Source: Candidatus Eiseniibacteriota bacterium (GTDB lineage Bacteria > Eisenbacteria > RBG-16-71-46 > JACRLI01). Taken from it: a stretch of DNA of 64,000 bases. Numbering within the stretch: the first letter of the stretch is position 1; every line of letters begins with the position of its first letter. The position numbers and the translations under genes were made by a program. The notes below the pieces were generated by a model. The model searched no databases, was not told the origin of the DNA, and worked only from the letters and a program-made list of their open reading frames with translations. Positions 18,605-28,472 of the stretch are shown here, piece by piece. Where the stretch lies: NCBI GenBank assembly GCA_016235265.1, contig JACRLI010000014.1, forward strand, positions 247,405 to 311,404, read 5' to 3'.

Positions 18605-21600
18605 TTAGACTGCCCCCTTCGATGGTCCATCGGTGAACTTCCCGGCCCCGGCGAAACGCGTCCGGATGTACTCATCGGCGCTGCCTGCCACGAGCTTCAC
18701 CGTGCCCGGCCCGCTCCTCACAAAGAAGTCGCCGTCCTTGCTCGATTCCATTCCACTCCACTTCAGGAATACCGGCTCGGGGCTCCGCTGGCAGGTGGCC
18801 ACGCACACGGTCTTGCCCTGCACCATCTGGGTCTTCGTATCGATGCAGGTCCCGGCCCGATCGCCGAGGCCGTTGCGGACTGCCAGCGCGAGGTGCCGCA
18901 TGAACTTGTCGTCGCTCTCGAGCCGGTCCTTCTCGATCCCAACGATGGATCCGTCATCGGCGACGCCGATCAAGAGGTCGCCACCTTCGGTGTTCAGGAA
19001 CGCGGCGATGGTCTTCAGCACGGCGTGGGTCACAGCCGTGTCGTCCTGCCGGTCTTCCTGGAGGTTCCAGCGGAGCGTGGATTTGAAGTCGAGCGTCTTC
19101 GACCCACCGCGCTTGATCAGCTCCTCGGCGTTACGGTGGGCGCGCAGGTACTGGTCGAAGAGGAAGTTCTTGACGGTCTCGCCGAAGGCGCGGTCGTCGG
19201 TGATGCGCTTGTAGAGATCGAAGTTCGAGTCGACGATCTCCTGGATCACGTGCTCGACCTTCTGATCGAAAGTCAGCCGCACGTTTTCGCGGGTGTTGGC
19301 GCGCGCGGCGGCGTCGAGCGCCGCGTCGTCGTCGAGCTTTGCCATCATCTGCCCGAGAGTGACGCGATGCTCGGGGCCGAGGTTCAGACCGAAGCGCTCG
19401 TTCAACTCGGCGATAATGCGGGAGAGCGTCTCCAGCTCCTCCGGCGTGGTGCCGTGGCCCTGCTTGGTGCTCACGGGTTCGAGCACGCCGGGCCTGCGCT
19501 CAAGCGCGATCTTGCCGCTGCCGGTCTGCTGGATCCGGTACGACTCCATGTCGATGTTCTGCTGCACCTCACGGGGCAGCTCAGCGCGATCGGCGGGCAG
19601 GAGGCGCCGCAGGTGCCGCGCGAAGACGTAGAGCTTCTCCAGGTCGGCGTCGGCAAAGGTCAGGACCTGGGCCAGAAACGCGTAGAGCCGCACGTAGTCG
19701 GTGAGCTGACCGCGGAGGTCATGTCGCTCCTCCTCGGAGAGCGCCCCAAAGCGCTCGACTACGGGCGCGAGCACCGAATAGAGCCGGTCCTGTGTCGCCT
19801 TGGGGTCGAAGTAGACCTTGGCGAAGGCCTTCACATCGGCCTCGGTGTAGACCGGGAAGGCACCGAGTCGCGTCTGAATCTCGTATAGGAGGTTCGGGTC
19901 GGTCGCCTCCGAGAGCAGCGTGGTCTCGTAGTAGGGCTCGAACGCGGTCTTGATCTCGTCCGACTCGTTGGCGAAGTCGAGGACCATCGTGCCCTTCTTC
20001 TCGGGAGGCAGCGTGCGGTTGAGGCGCGAGAGTGTCTGTACGGCGTTCACGCCACCGAGCTTCTTATCCACATACATCGTATGCAGCAGCGGTTGGTCGA
20101 ACCCGGTCTGGAACTTGTTGGCCACGATCAGGAACCGGTGCTCGGGTTGCTCGAATGTCTTCGCCGTCTGCGCCTCCGGAAAGCCATTCATGCCTGATTC
20201 AGTGTATGACCGCCCGCCGTCCTGCACGGTGCCCGAGAACGCTACCAGGGCCTTGAACGGGTACCCGCGCTCGGCCAGGTACTTGTCCGCCGCCAGTCTG
20301 TAACGCACTGCATGCAGTCGAGAGCGGGTGACGATCATCGCCTTCGCCCTGCCACCGATCTCGCCCTGCACCTGGGTGGCGAAGTGCTCGACGCAGATCC
20401 TGACTTTCTCGCCGATCGCGTGCGGGTGCAGCTCGACGAACGACTTGAGCAGGTACTCGGCCTTCTTCTTGTCGTAGCGCGGGTCGTCCTCGACCTTCTT
20501 CAGCAGCCGCCAGTACGCCTTGTAGGTCGAATAGTTCGCCAGCACGTCGAGGATGAATCCCTCCTCGATCGCCTGGCGCATGCTGTAGAGGTGGAAGGGC
20601 GCGAACTTTCCGTCGGGGCGCTTCGTGCCGAATAGTTCAAGCGTCTTCGGTTTCGGCGTGGCCGTGAAGGCGAAGGTCGAGAGGTTGGGAAGCCGCCCGC
20701 GCTTCTCCATCTCGGCCAGGATCGCGCTCTCCAGCTCCTCCTCGGGCGTCGCCGCCTCCGCCTCTTCCATCTCCGCCTCTTCGAGCGAGCCCGAGCTGAG
20801 CACGGCCTTGAGGCTCTTCGTGCTCTCGCCCGACTGCGAGGAGTGCGCCTCGTCGACGATCAGGGCGAAGCGCTTGCCCGGCAGCTCGCCAATCTCCTTC
20901 GCGATCACGGGGAACTTCTGGAGCGTGGTGACGATGATCGTCTTCCCCGACTCAAGCGCGTCCTTGAGCTGGCGCGAGGTCGTGTCGATGTTTTCGACCA
21001 CGCCGAGCGTCTGCTCGAACTGGCGCATCGTAGTCTGGAGCTGGCGGTCGAGCACGCGCCGGTCGGTGATGACCACGATCGAGTCGAAGACGCGTCGGTC
21101 GCCCGCGTCGTGCAGCGTCGCGAGCTGATGGGCGAGCCAGGCAATGGTGAAACTCTTGCCGCTGCCGGCCGAGTGCTGGATCAGGTAACGTCGCCCGGCA
21201 CCCAGAGCGCGTGCATCGGTCACGAGCTTGCGTACGCAGTCAAGCTGCTGGTAGCGCGGGAAGATCAGGAAGTGCCGGCCGGTCTTGCGCCCCTTCTCGT
21301 CCTCTTCCTCGACCTCGTGGATGAACTGGCGCACGAGGTCGAGCACGCTGTCGCGCGACCAGGTCTCCTCCCAGAGATAGGCGGTCGCATAGCCGCTCCG
21401 GGTGGGAGGCACGGGCGGGTTGCCAGCGCCGCCGAACTTGCCCTGGTTGAAGGGCAGGAAGCGCGTCCTCGGTCCGGCGAGCCGGGTCGTGACGTAGACC
21501 AGGTCGGGATCCACCGCGAAGTGCGCGAGACAGCGGCCGTAGGCGAGCAGCGGCTCGCGCGGATCGCGATCGGTCTTGTACTGGCGGATCGCGTCCTCGA

Positions 21601-22159
21601 CGTCCTGGCTGTTGAGGGGGTTCTTGAGCTCGGCGGTGAAGATCGGGATGCCGTTCAGGAACAGCACCAGATCGAGGCTGTTCTCGTTCTTCGTACTGTA
21701 GTGGACCTGGCGCACCACGGCGAAGAGGTTCGCAGCGTGCAGCCGCCGGGTCTCCTCGTTGAGCGCGCTCGCGGGACGGAAGTAGGCGAGGCGGAACTTG
21801 CAGCCCGAATCCTTGAGGCCGTTGCGCAGGACGTCGAGCGCCCCGCGGCGCTCGATCTCGGCGGCGAGGCGCTTCAAGAACTGCTCCCGGGCGGCCGCGC
21901 CGTGGTGCTGCTCGAGCTTCTTCCACTCCTTGGGTTGCGTGGCTAGGACGAAGTCCAGCACGTCGCGTGGCAGGAGGCAGAGCGTGCGGTCGTAGTGCTC
22001 CGGCTTGCGCTTGCGGTAGCCGCCCGGCGGTCTGTCACCAAATGGCGGCGGCGTCTCGCGCACGGCGGTAGTTTCCCCCGAGCATGCGTCCGGGCCGTGC
22101 TGGAGCAGGGCGCACTCAATCGCCTCCTCGAAGGAGCGTTCGGAGATCTCGGGGATCAT
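18605..22159 (-). CDS. hsdR: type I restriction endonuclease subunit R (HsdR) with a C-terminal AlbA_2/Schlafen-like domain fusion
   Basis: N-terminal HsdR nuclease domain; SF2 helicase motifs (AGSGKSFTIAWLAHQL; VDEAHSSQSG). The C-terminal 130 aa (TLDFKSTL...KTIAAFLNTEGGDLLIGVADDGSIVGIEKDRL) match the AlbA_2 (PF04326-like) signature. Confidence 0.88.
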   Translation of the reverse strand: MIPEISERSFEEAIECALLQHGPDACSGETTAVRETPPPFGDRPPGGYRKRKPEHYDRTLCLLPRDVLDFVLATQPKEWKKLEQHHGAAAREQFLKRLAAEIERRGALDVLRNGLKDSGCKFRLAYFRPASALNEETRRLHAANLFAVVRQVHYSTKNENSLDLVLFLNGIPIFTAELKNPLNSQDVEDAIRQYKTDRDPREPLLAYGRCLAHFAVDPDLVYVTTRLAGPRTRFLPFNQGKFGGAGNPPVPPTRSGYATAYLWEETWSRDSVLDLVRQFIHEVEEEDEKGRKTGRHFLIFPRYQQLDCVRKLVTDARALGAGRRYLIQHSAGSGKSFTIAWLAHQLATLHDAGDRRVFDSIVVITDRRVLDRQLQTTMRQFEQTLGVVENIDTTSRQLKDALESGKTIIVTTLQKFPVIAKEIGELPGKRFALIVDEAHSSQSGESTKSLKAVLSSGSLEEAEMEEAEAATPEEELESAILAEMEKRGRLPNLSTFAFTATPKPKTLELFGTKRPDGKFAPFHLYSMRQAIEEGFILDVLANYSTYKAYWRLLKKVEDDPRYDKKKAEYLLKSFVELHPHAIGEKVRICVEHFATQVQGEIGGRAKAMIVTRSRLHAVRYRLAADKYLAERGYPFKALVAFSGTVQDGGRSYTESGMNGFPEAQTAKTFEQPEHRFLIVANKFQTGFDQPLLHTMYVDKKLGGVNAVQTLSRLNRTLPPEKKGTMVLDFANESDEIKTAFEPYYETTLLSEATDPNLLYEIQTRLGAFPVYTEADVKAFAKVYFDPKATQDRLYSVLAPVVERFGALSEEERHDLRGQLTDYVRLYAFLAQVLTFADADLEKLYVFARHLRRLLPADRAELPREVQQNIDMESYRIQQTGSGKIALERRPGVLEPVSTKQGHGTTPEELETLSRIIAELNERFGLNLGPEHRVTLGQMMAKLDDDAALDAAARANTRENVRLTFDQKVEHVIQEIVDSNFDLYKRITDDRAFGETVKNFLFDQYLRAHRNAEELIKRGGSKTLDFKSTLRWNLQEDRQDDTAVTHAVLKTIAAFLNTEGGDLLIGVADDGSIVGIEKDRLESDDKFMRHLALAVRNGLGDRAGTCIDTKTQMVQGKTVCVATCQRSPEPVFLKWSGMESSKDGDFFVRSGPGTVKLVAGSADEYIRTRFAGAGKFTDGPSKGAV

Positions 22160-23517
22160 GCGACCTCCTTCCGCACGTCGATCCTGCCCGTCACGGCGGC
22201 TGAGATGAGCGCGGCGCGGAGTTCCTGGAGGCGGTCGATGGCATCGCGGACTTTTGCGACCAGGGCGTCGATTCGCGCCGTCTCCCGATCAAGGACAACT
22301 GCAATGGCGACTTGCTCCGAATGGGGCGGCACCATCATGTGCATTCGCGACAGGTGTGAGGGACCGAAGTGCTGAATCGCACTCCCGCAGCGAGCAAGCT
22401 CTGTCTGTGTGAGAAAAGCTCCAGAAAGAAGGAACCACCGAAGAAAAGTCCTCACCATCGTGCCGGCGCGTGGTCGCATGATGATGATGCCTGTGTAGGG
22501 AACGGCACCTTGAGTTTCCACGTCCACCTCAGAGCAGAAGCCAGTCGAGGCGCTTCCGCTAATCAGAAGATCGCCGATCCGAACGCAGAAGTGATCCCAC
22601 CTCCGATGGACCAAGTCGGGTGAAAGGTAGTTGCAGCCACTGAGACTTGCCCTTCGTCCGCCGATGCCAGCAATCCGAAGCAACGGAATACCATCGTTCG
22701 TGAAATCAGACGCCATGATCCCCGGGCCTTCCAGGAAACGTACTTCTCTCTTAAGCGGCTTCACCTCCCAATGCGCGGGAATCTCTCCCAGCCACTCGAC
22801 ACCGGAGTCCTTCGTCGGGACACACGGGTCGAGGCCATTGGTGACGGCGCGCGTGATGAGGGCGGTGCGCTGCTCCTGTAGCAGCGCGATTAGCCGCTCC
22901 TTCTTCGCTACCAGCGCATCGATCCGCGCCGTCTCCCGGTCGAGGAAGGCGGCGATGGCGCGTTGCTCGGGGATGGGGGGGCTCGCCAGCTCGTACGTCG
23001 CCATCTCGCTTTCGTTGATAGCGGGAAAGCTCACGCCCTTGGAGTTCGCCACGACGCGCTCGACGAAGTACGGAGCTCGCAGGGCATACGCGGCGTAGTC
23101 GGTCGTCAGATCGTCCACGGGCCGGACGACAGCGAAGCCTGTCGAGACAACCATGCCAGGTTCTGGATTGCGGATCGGGGCGATTGCGCGGAGGTACGTG
23201 CGCACGGTCGACACGACCACGTCGCCGTCGCGCACGAGTCTTCGGGCACGGGATGGAGCCGAGGAGAACGCGAGTTGTTCCTGTTCGACGATTCGCCCGA
23301 GGCTGTTAACGCCTCCGATGTCCACGTAGACCATCTCGCGCCCGGGATCGGTGTCCTCCATGAGCGACTCCGGGTTCAGCGTGGCCAGATGCTTCAGCCG
23401 CTTCACCTCCCAATGCGCCGGAATCTCCCCCAGCCACTCGACGCCGGAGTCCTTGTAGGCCGGGTACGGCTTGAAGCGCGGGCGCGCGGGCGGCAGCGGC
23501 TGCACGGATTCCTTCAT
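22156..23517 (-). CDS. hsdS: type I restriction-modification specificity subunit (HsdS), two target-recognition domains
   Basis: The repeat DSGVEWLGEIPAHWEVK(R/P)LK occurs twice, and the conserved coiled-coil spacer LDRETARIDALVAK also occurs twice. Start is ATG at 23517, in an ATGA overlap with the upstream gene; the ORF-track N-terminal extension is spurious. Confidence 0.9.
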   Translation of the reverse strand: MKESVQPLPPARPRFKPYPAYKDSGVEWLGEIPAHWEVKRLKHLATLNPESLMEDTDPGREMVYVDIGGVNSLGRIVEQEQLAFSSAPSRARRLVRDGDVVVSTVRTYLRAIAPIRNPEPGMVVSTGFAVVRPVDDLTTDYAAYALRAPYFVERVVANSKGVSFPAINESEMATYELASPPIPEQRAIAAFLDRETARIDALVAKKERLIALLQEQRTALITRAVTNGLDPCVPTKDSGVEWLGEIPAHWEVKPLKREVRFLEGPGIMASDFTNDGIPLLRIAGIGGRRASLSGCNYLSPDLVHRRWDHFCVRIGDLLISGSASTGFCSEVDVETQGAVPYTGIIIMRPRAGTMVRTFLRWFLLSGAFLTQTELARCGSAIQHFGPSHLSRMHMMVPPHSEQVAIAVVLDRETARIDALVAKVRDAIDRLQELRAALISAAVTGRIDVRKEVA

Positions 23518-24593
23518 GCCGTTACCCTCCGGCGCTGTCCGCTCTGGTAATCGGTCCAGACCTGATCCATGTCCAACTCTTTCATTGCTTCGCGCAGCCG
23601 TTCGATCGCCTTCTGCGAGTAGCGATCGAAGCATGCCTTGCCGATCGTGATGCGGCGATAGCAATCCGCATCGTCCTTGATCTTCAGATGGCGGATCAGC
23701 GCCGTGGTCTTGGGTCCCGACAGCCCAAGGTGCTCCGCCACCTGATCCCGGCCGAGGTTGTAGAAGCCGAGCGAGTCCACCTTGTGAACCGCCACGACGC
23801 TGGCTCCGGGCGTGCCTTCGGGCACGAGCTGGATCGGAATCCCTTCCTTCTTCGCGATCCGCAGGTCGAGGGACGGGCCGGCCCCTGTGGCGGTGAGCTC
23901 GATCGCGGCGACGCCGGGGAAGACATCACTCCACTGCGAGCCCTTGCTGATCGAATCGCCGAGCTTGCGCAGCTCGCCATCGGTCGGCTGGATGCGGTCG
24001 CCCCGCATGGCGCCGTCGACGATCGCGAGCGCCCGGAGTTTGGCGGCAGCCTCGACCTTCCGTCGCTTGCCGGGCGTGAGGAGCCGCTGCACCTCCCTGG
24101 CCTCCTGCTCGAAGAGGGTCGCGAGATCGGTCGGCGGCGTGGTCGAGAGCGGCAGGACGCGAGGCGGAAGATGGACCTTGAGATCCTGATCGAACACCGC
24201 TCGGACGACATCGCGAAACAACGTCAGCCCGGCCTGGGCGTGGATGTAGAGGTGCTGTTCCGAGAGGTCGACCAGGTGGTGCTGGGCGGCGTCGCGCAGC
24301 GTGTTGATCGCCTGTAGCTGAAGGACCTGCTCCTGGCTCAAGAACCGGACCGAGCCGTCGCTAAGCGCCTTTCGCAGGCACTCGTCGAATCCGATCGTCT
24401 GCTTCTCCCGCGGCTTCCGGATCGCTCCTCCCCGATGCAGGATCGAAGCCTTGAGCAGCATCTCGAACGCGTGATCCAGCAGGATCAAGACGGCATCGAC
24501 GCGGCCCCGGTCCCAGGGCCGGTTGTAATGCTCGATGCTGAGCACGAGCGAGTCGACCGCCTTCGCGAAGAGCAGCCTGGATTCGCGCTTCAT
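23514..24593 (-). CDS. uncharacterized protein embedded in the type I RM operon (N-terminal alpha-helical domain + C-terminal HTH-like region)
   Basis: Real start is MKRESRLLFAKAVDSLVLSIEHYNRPWDRGRVDAVLILLDHAFEMLLKASIL at 24593 (ATGA overlap with the abiEii stop). C-terminal LGFYNLGRDQVAEHLGLSGPKTTALIRHLK resembles a winged helix. No motif was confidently recognised; it may be a DUF family associated with RM operons. Confidence 0.6.
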   Translation of the reverse strand: MKRESRLLFAKAVDSLVLSIEHYNRPWDRGRVDAVLILLDHAFEMLLKASILHRGGAIRKPREKQTIGFDECLRKALSDGSVRFLSQEQVLQLQAINTLRDAAQHHLVDLSEQHLYIHAQAGLTLFRDVVRAVFDQDLKVHLPPRVLPLSTTPPTDLATLFEQEAREVQRLLTPGKRRKVEAAAKLRALAIVDGAMRGDRIQPTDGELRKLGDSISKGSQWSDVFPGVAAIELTATGAGPSLDLRIAKKEGIPIQLVPEGTPGASVVAVHKVDSLGFYNLGRDQVAEHLGLSGPKTTALIRHLKIKDDADCYRRITIGKACFDRYSQKAIERLREAMKELDMDQVWTDYQSGQRRRVTA

Positions 24594-25522
24594 CGCGAGC
24601 GTTCCTCGCTCGGATTCCACGGGCCGCTCGGCAGCCAGGTCTGCGCGAACGGCTCGGTCGCGACGATGCTGTCCCGAAGCGGACCGAGGAAGCTCGTGAT
24701 CCGCTCGCCGATGGCGCCGAACCGCACCGGAGGTGGAATCAGCACGGCGCCCGCTGCGAGGTAGTTGCGCCAGCGAGTCGTGAGTTCCGGCAGGTGATAG
24801 AAGGCGGTGGTGAGAGCCCGCGGCGCCTCCTCCGTCCACGGCGTGCGTCGCCGCTCGAAGCAGGCGGCGACGGCGTGCTGCAGCGCAGCCCCATCGAACT
24901 CGAAGGCACCGGCCAGGGCCCAGACGTCGTGGAAGTCCTTCATCCGGCTGTTCCGCGTGTCGAGCTTGACCATGGCCTCGAACTTCTCCGCCACCGTCTG
25001 CTCGCGCGGATAGGCGCGCAGGCGAGGCGCCGGCAGCGACGAAAGCATCGTCGGATAGGTGATCTCCTCCGGCGCGATGGCGATCGCGTCGCCCACGCCG
25101 AGGTCGAGCTGGACCGCGATGCGGGCCTGACCCAAGAACGCACGAAAGCGTGCGCGCTTGCCGGAGTACTCCTCCTCGGCCCGGATCGCCTCCACGACCA
25201 GTTCGGAGAGATCGAAGCGGAGCCCGTCCTCGGGACACGCCACCGCGCAGATCTCCGCGATCAACGACAGGATCGCGGGGTCGTCCATGGTGCATGAAGC
25301 CAGCACGTCGACATCGCGGGTCGCCCGGTAGGGATCCGGCATCCAGACCGCAAGCAGGCTGGCGCCCTTCAGGATGCAGCGATCTCGCGCCGCGCAGGCG
25401 CCGAGGCGGAAGAGCAGCCGCTCGCCGGCGAAGCGCGCGAGCGTGCGCTCGAACTCCTCACCGCGTGCCTTGGCTTGGTCGAGCAGGCGCGCCCGGACCG
25501 AGGCCGCGACATCGGGGCTCAT
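24590..25522 (-). CDS. abiEii: AbiEii/AbiGii-family nucleotidyltransferase toxin (type IV TA, DUF1814-like)
   Basis: MSPDVAASVRARLLDQAKARGEEFERTLARFAGERLLFRL followed by a GS..DVDV-type NTase core (ILKGASLLAVWMPDPYRATRDVDVL). Confidence 0.8.
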   Translation of the reverse strand: MSPDVAASVRARLLDQAKARGEEFERTLARFAGERLLFRLGACAARDRCILKGASLLAVWMPDPYRATRDVDVLASCTMDDPAILSLIAEICAVACPEDGLRFDLSELVVEAIRAEEEYSGKRARFRAFLGQARIAVQLDLGVGDAIAIAPEEITYPTMLSSLPAPRLRAYPREQTVAEKFEAMVKLDTRNSRMKDFHDVWALAGAFEFDGAALQHAVAACFERRRTPWTEEAPRALTTAFYHLPELTTRWRNYLAAGAVLIPPPVRFGAIGERITSFLGPLRDSIVATEPFAQTWLPSGPWNPSEERSR

Positions 25523-26226
25523 ATCAACCTCACGTCGAGGGCGGCGCTCAGGCGGCGCGACGGAAGGACCTCGACGACGCGCGTCAGCTCGGCGACGGTC
25601 ACCTTGCGCTGGCGCAGGCCGTCCTGGAGCGCCTCCATCGCCGCTTCCGGGCCGACGAGCCGCTCGAAGCGGAAGCAGTCGGCCACGGTGCGCGCGGGCG
25701 AGGTGATTCGGGCCGGCACTCCCTCGAACGCCGTCTCCTGCACGCCGAAGTTCCAGGCCGGGCCGCTGAAACGCACGGTGCGCAGCTTCAGCTCGCGCAG
25801 TAGGGGCTTGCGCGCCTTGTGCGGGATGGCAAGCCAGACTTCCGCCGGCGCCTGGGTCCCGATGCCGTGGATCCGCAGTGCCGAGAGCAGGCAGACGATG
25901 CTGTTCGGCACGCGCGCGCAGGCCATGGCGATGGAGTAGTCCTCGGTCGGCTCGGCGCCCGTCAGGCGGTAGAGCCCACGTCCGACCCGCTCGACAAGCT
26001 TCGAGCGCAGCAGGGCTGGGAGGTGGTCCCGCGTCAGGCCAGCGTGTTCGAGCTGGGCAGCACGGAAAAAGCCGACGACCCCCGAACTGCGGAGTCGTTC
26101 GACCGGGTCCCGAGCCGCTCCTTGACCCGTTTTGTCGGCACGTCGAGGTGACATGACGACAATATGCGTCATGGGCCCGGCTCTCGTCAACACAAGATGT
26201 CGGCGCCTCTCCGTGAGTGCCGACAT
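25519..26226 (-). CDS. abiEi: AbiEi-family antitoxin / transcriptional regulator (wHTH + AbiEi C-terminal domain)
   Basis: GVVGFFRAAQLEHAGLTRDHLPALLRSKLVERVGRGLYRL is a typical AbiEi N-terminal HTH. ATGA overlap with abiEii. The start could be a few codons into the ORF. Confidence 0.75.
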   Translation of the reverse strand: MSALTERRRHLVLTRAGPMTHIVVMSPRRADKTGQGAARDPVERLRSSGVVGFFRAAQLEHAGLTRDHLPALLRSKLVERVGRGLYRLTGAEPTEDYSIAMACARVPNSIVCLLSALRIHGIGTQAPAEVWLAIPHKARKPLLRELKLRTVRFSGPAWNFGVQETAFEGVPARITSPARTVADCFRFERLVGPEAAMEALQDGLRQRKVTVAELTRVVEVLPSRRLSAALDVRLI

Positions 26227-26232
26227 CTTGTG

Positions 26233-28359
26233 TCAGCCTCGAGGGGCGGCCGCGCCCGTCACCTCGGCCAGCATCCGCAGGATTTCCTGCTCGATCCCCC
26301 GGATCTCGCCCTCGATCTCCTCGATCGGGCGCGGCGGGGTGTAGCGGTAGAAGTAGCGATTGAAGTTGATCTCGTAGCCGACGAGGCCGCCCTGGCCGTC
26401 CCTCGCATCCCGCTTGCTCGTGTCGATCCAGGCGTCGGGGACGTGGGGCTTGACCTCCCGCTCGAGAAACGCCTCGACGCGCTCTGCGAGCGGCACGCTC
26501 TCCGTGTCGCGCAGCTCCGGGTCCGGCTCGGGGTTGCTGTCCTTGTCCCGGCAGATGGCGGCGGACTCGTCGCGCTCGGACAGCGCGGAGAGGATGGCCT
26601 TGCGCGCCGGCGCCGGGAGCTTCACGCCGGTTTTCTTCGCGGCGGCATCGAGCAGGCGCTCGAACTCGTCGCGGTCCTTGACGAGGGTGCCGGGCAGCCC
26701 GCGCACGAGCTTACGGATCGCCCCCTGCAACGCACGCCCGTCGACCTGCTCCTTCGCCCCCGCAGCGCCCTTCTTCTTCGACTGCGCCAGCGCCTGGAAG
26801 CCCTTCTCCTCCTCGAGGCGGGCGATGCGCTCAACGCTCGCCTGGAAGCTGAGCCGCAGGGGGCGCTCGACGGTGATCTTGCGGAAGCCGAAGTGGGTGG
26901 TTGGAAAGATGCGGCTGACGACGACGTCCTCTTCCTTGCCGTCCTTCGCCACTTTCCGCGTCTCGCCATCCTTGAAGGCGGACAGGACCTTCAGGATGTC
27001 CTGCGAGCGTTCGAGGGGGATCTCGCGCCGCTTGTCACCGAGGCTCTTGCGCATCGGGACCCAGAATGAGATGGCGTCGATCAGCTGAACCTTGCCCTTC
27101 CGCGCCGGCGCCTTGCGGTTCGTCACCACCCACACATACGTGGCGATGCCCGTGTTGTAGAAGAGCTGCTCGGGGAGTGCGATCAGCGCTTCCAGCAGGT
27201 CGTTCTCCAGGATGAAGCGGCGAATCTCGCTCTCGCCGCTGCCGGCATCGCCCGTGAACAGCGGCGAGCCGTTCATGATGATGGCGATCCGCGAGCCGCC
27301 GTCCTTCGGGTCCCTTGCGTGCGCCAACATGTGCAGCAGGAACAGGAGCTGGCCGTCGCTGATACGCGGGAGCCCCGGTCCGAAGCGGCCCGAGGCGCCG
27401 CGCTCGTGCTCGGCACGCACGGCGTCCTCGTCGCGCTTCCAGTCCTTGCCGTACGGCGGGTTGGCGATCAGGTAATCGAACGTCTGGCCGGAGTGGCGGT
27501 CGTTGGAGAGAGTGCTGCCGTATGCGATGTTGTCGGCGTCGCGTCCGGTCGGGTCCTTCATGAAGAGATCGGACTTCGAGACAGCCCAGGTTTCGGGATT
27601 CACCTCCTGGCCGAAGAGATGGATCTCCGCACCCGGGTTCATCGCGGGCCGGAGGATCTCGCCGTTCTTCCGCAGGCCGACGGTGATGTGCTCCTTGGTG
27701 ATCATCAGCATGCCGCCTGAGCCGCAGCACGGGTCGTACACGGTGCGGATCGCCTTCTTGGCCTGGATTTCCTTCTCATCACCGGCAAGCATCAGATCCA
27801 CCATCAGATGCACAACATCGCGCGGCGTGAAGTGCTCGCCCGGATTCTCGTTCAGCGCTTCGTTGAACTTCCGGATCAGCTCCTCGAAGATCGTGCCCAT
27901 CGTCGGGTTGTCAATTCTGTCCGGATGGAGATCGACGTTCTTGAAGCGCTCGAGCACCTGGAAGAGCAGCCCCGCCTCATCGAGCTTGCTGATCGTGTTG
28001 TCGAAATCGAACTTCTCCAACACCTCACGCATGTTCGGGCTGAAGCCGGCGATGTAGTTGCGAAGATTGGCGGCGAGGTGCGGCGCGTCGGCCAGCAGCT
28101 TCTCGAAGTCGTAGCGGGAGGTGTTGTAGAACGCGAAGCCCGCTATCTTCCGCAGCTGTGGATCGAGATTCTCGAGCTTCTTGCCCCGCAGCTCGGCTTG
28201 CTTGCCGAGGACCTTGCCCTTGGTAGGAGCGAGCACGCAGTCGAGGCGGCGCAGGACGGTCAGTGGCAGGATCACGTCCTGGTACTTGCCGCGCTTAAAG
28301 GTGTCGCGGATCAGGTCCGCAACGCCCCAGAGGAAGCTGACGATCTCGCTATGGTTCAC
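26233..28359 (-). CDS. hsdM: type I restriction-modification DNA methyltransferase subunit (HsdM), N6-adenine MTase
   Basis: HsdM N-terminal domain; SAM-binding VYDPCCGSGGML; catalytic LIANPPYG; 708 aa with a long C-terminal extension. Confidence 0.92.
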   Translation of the reverse strand: MNHSEIVSFLWGVADLIRDTFKRGKYQDVILPLTVLRRLDCVLAPTKGKVLGKQAELRGKKLENLDPQLRKIAGFAFYNTSRYDFEKLLADAPHLAANLRNYIAGFSPNMREVLEKFDFDNTISKLDEAGLLFQVLERFKNVDLHPDRIDNPTMGTIFEELIRKFNEALNENPGEHFTPRDVVHLMVDLMLAGDEKEIQAKKAIRTVYDPCCGSGGMLMITKEHITVGLRKNGEILRPAMNPGAEIHLFGQEVNPETWAVSKSDLFMKDPTGRDADNIAYGSTLSNDRHSGQTFDYLIANPPYGKDWKRDEDAVRAEHERGASGRFGPGLPRISDGQLLFLLHMLAHARDPKDGGSRIAIIMNGSPLFTGDAGSGESEIRRFILENDLLEALIALPEQLFYNTGIATYVWVVTNRKAPARKGKVQLIDAISFWVPMRKSLGDKRREIPLERSQDILKVLSAFKDGETRKVAKDGKEEDVVVSRIFPTTHFGFRKITVERPLRLSFQASVERIARLEEEKGFQALAQSKKKGAAGAKEQVDGRALQGAIRKLVRGLPGTLVKDRDEFERLLDAAAKKTGVKLPAPARKAILSALSERDESAAICRDKDSNPEPDPELRDTESVPLAERVEAFLEREVKPHVPDAWIDTSKRDARDGQGGLVGYEINFNRYFYRYTPPRPIEEIEGEIRGIEQEILRMLAEVTGAAAPRG

Positions 28360-28452
28360 TGAGTTCGCTCTCCGTCCTCGCTGTTGGTGGCTGCGTCGTC
28401 ATTCGGACTGTCTAACGCTCGGCATCAGCGGCGGCGCGGAGCGCCGTCAGCT

Positions 28453-28472
28453 GCATGCTATTGTTAGCATGC
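28453..28472. promoter_or_regulatory. 20-bp perfect palindrome GCATGCTA-TTGT-TAGCATGC upstream of hsdM (candidate operator)
   Basis: Perfect 8-4-8 inverted repeat about 95 nt upstream of the hsdM ATG (28359), in the 120-bp spacer between the TIR-like gene and hsdM. Confidence 0.55.
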
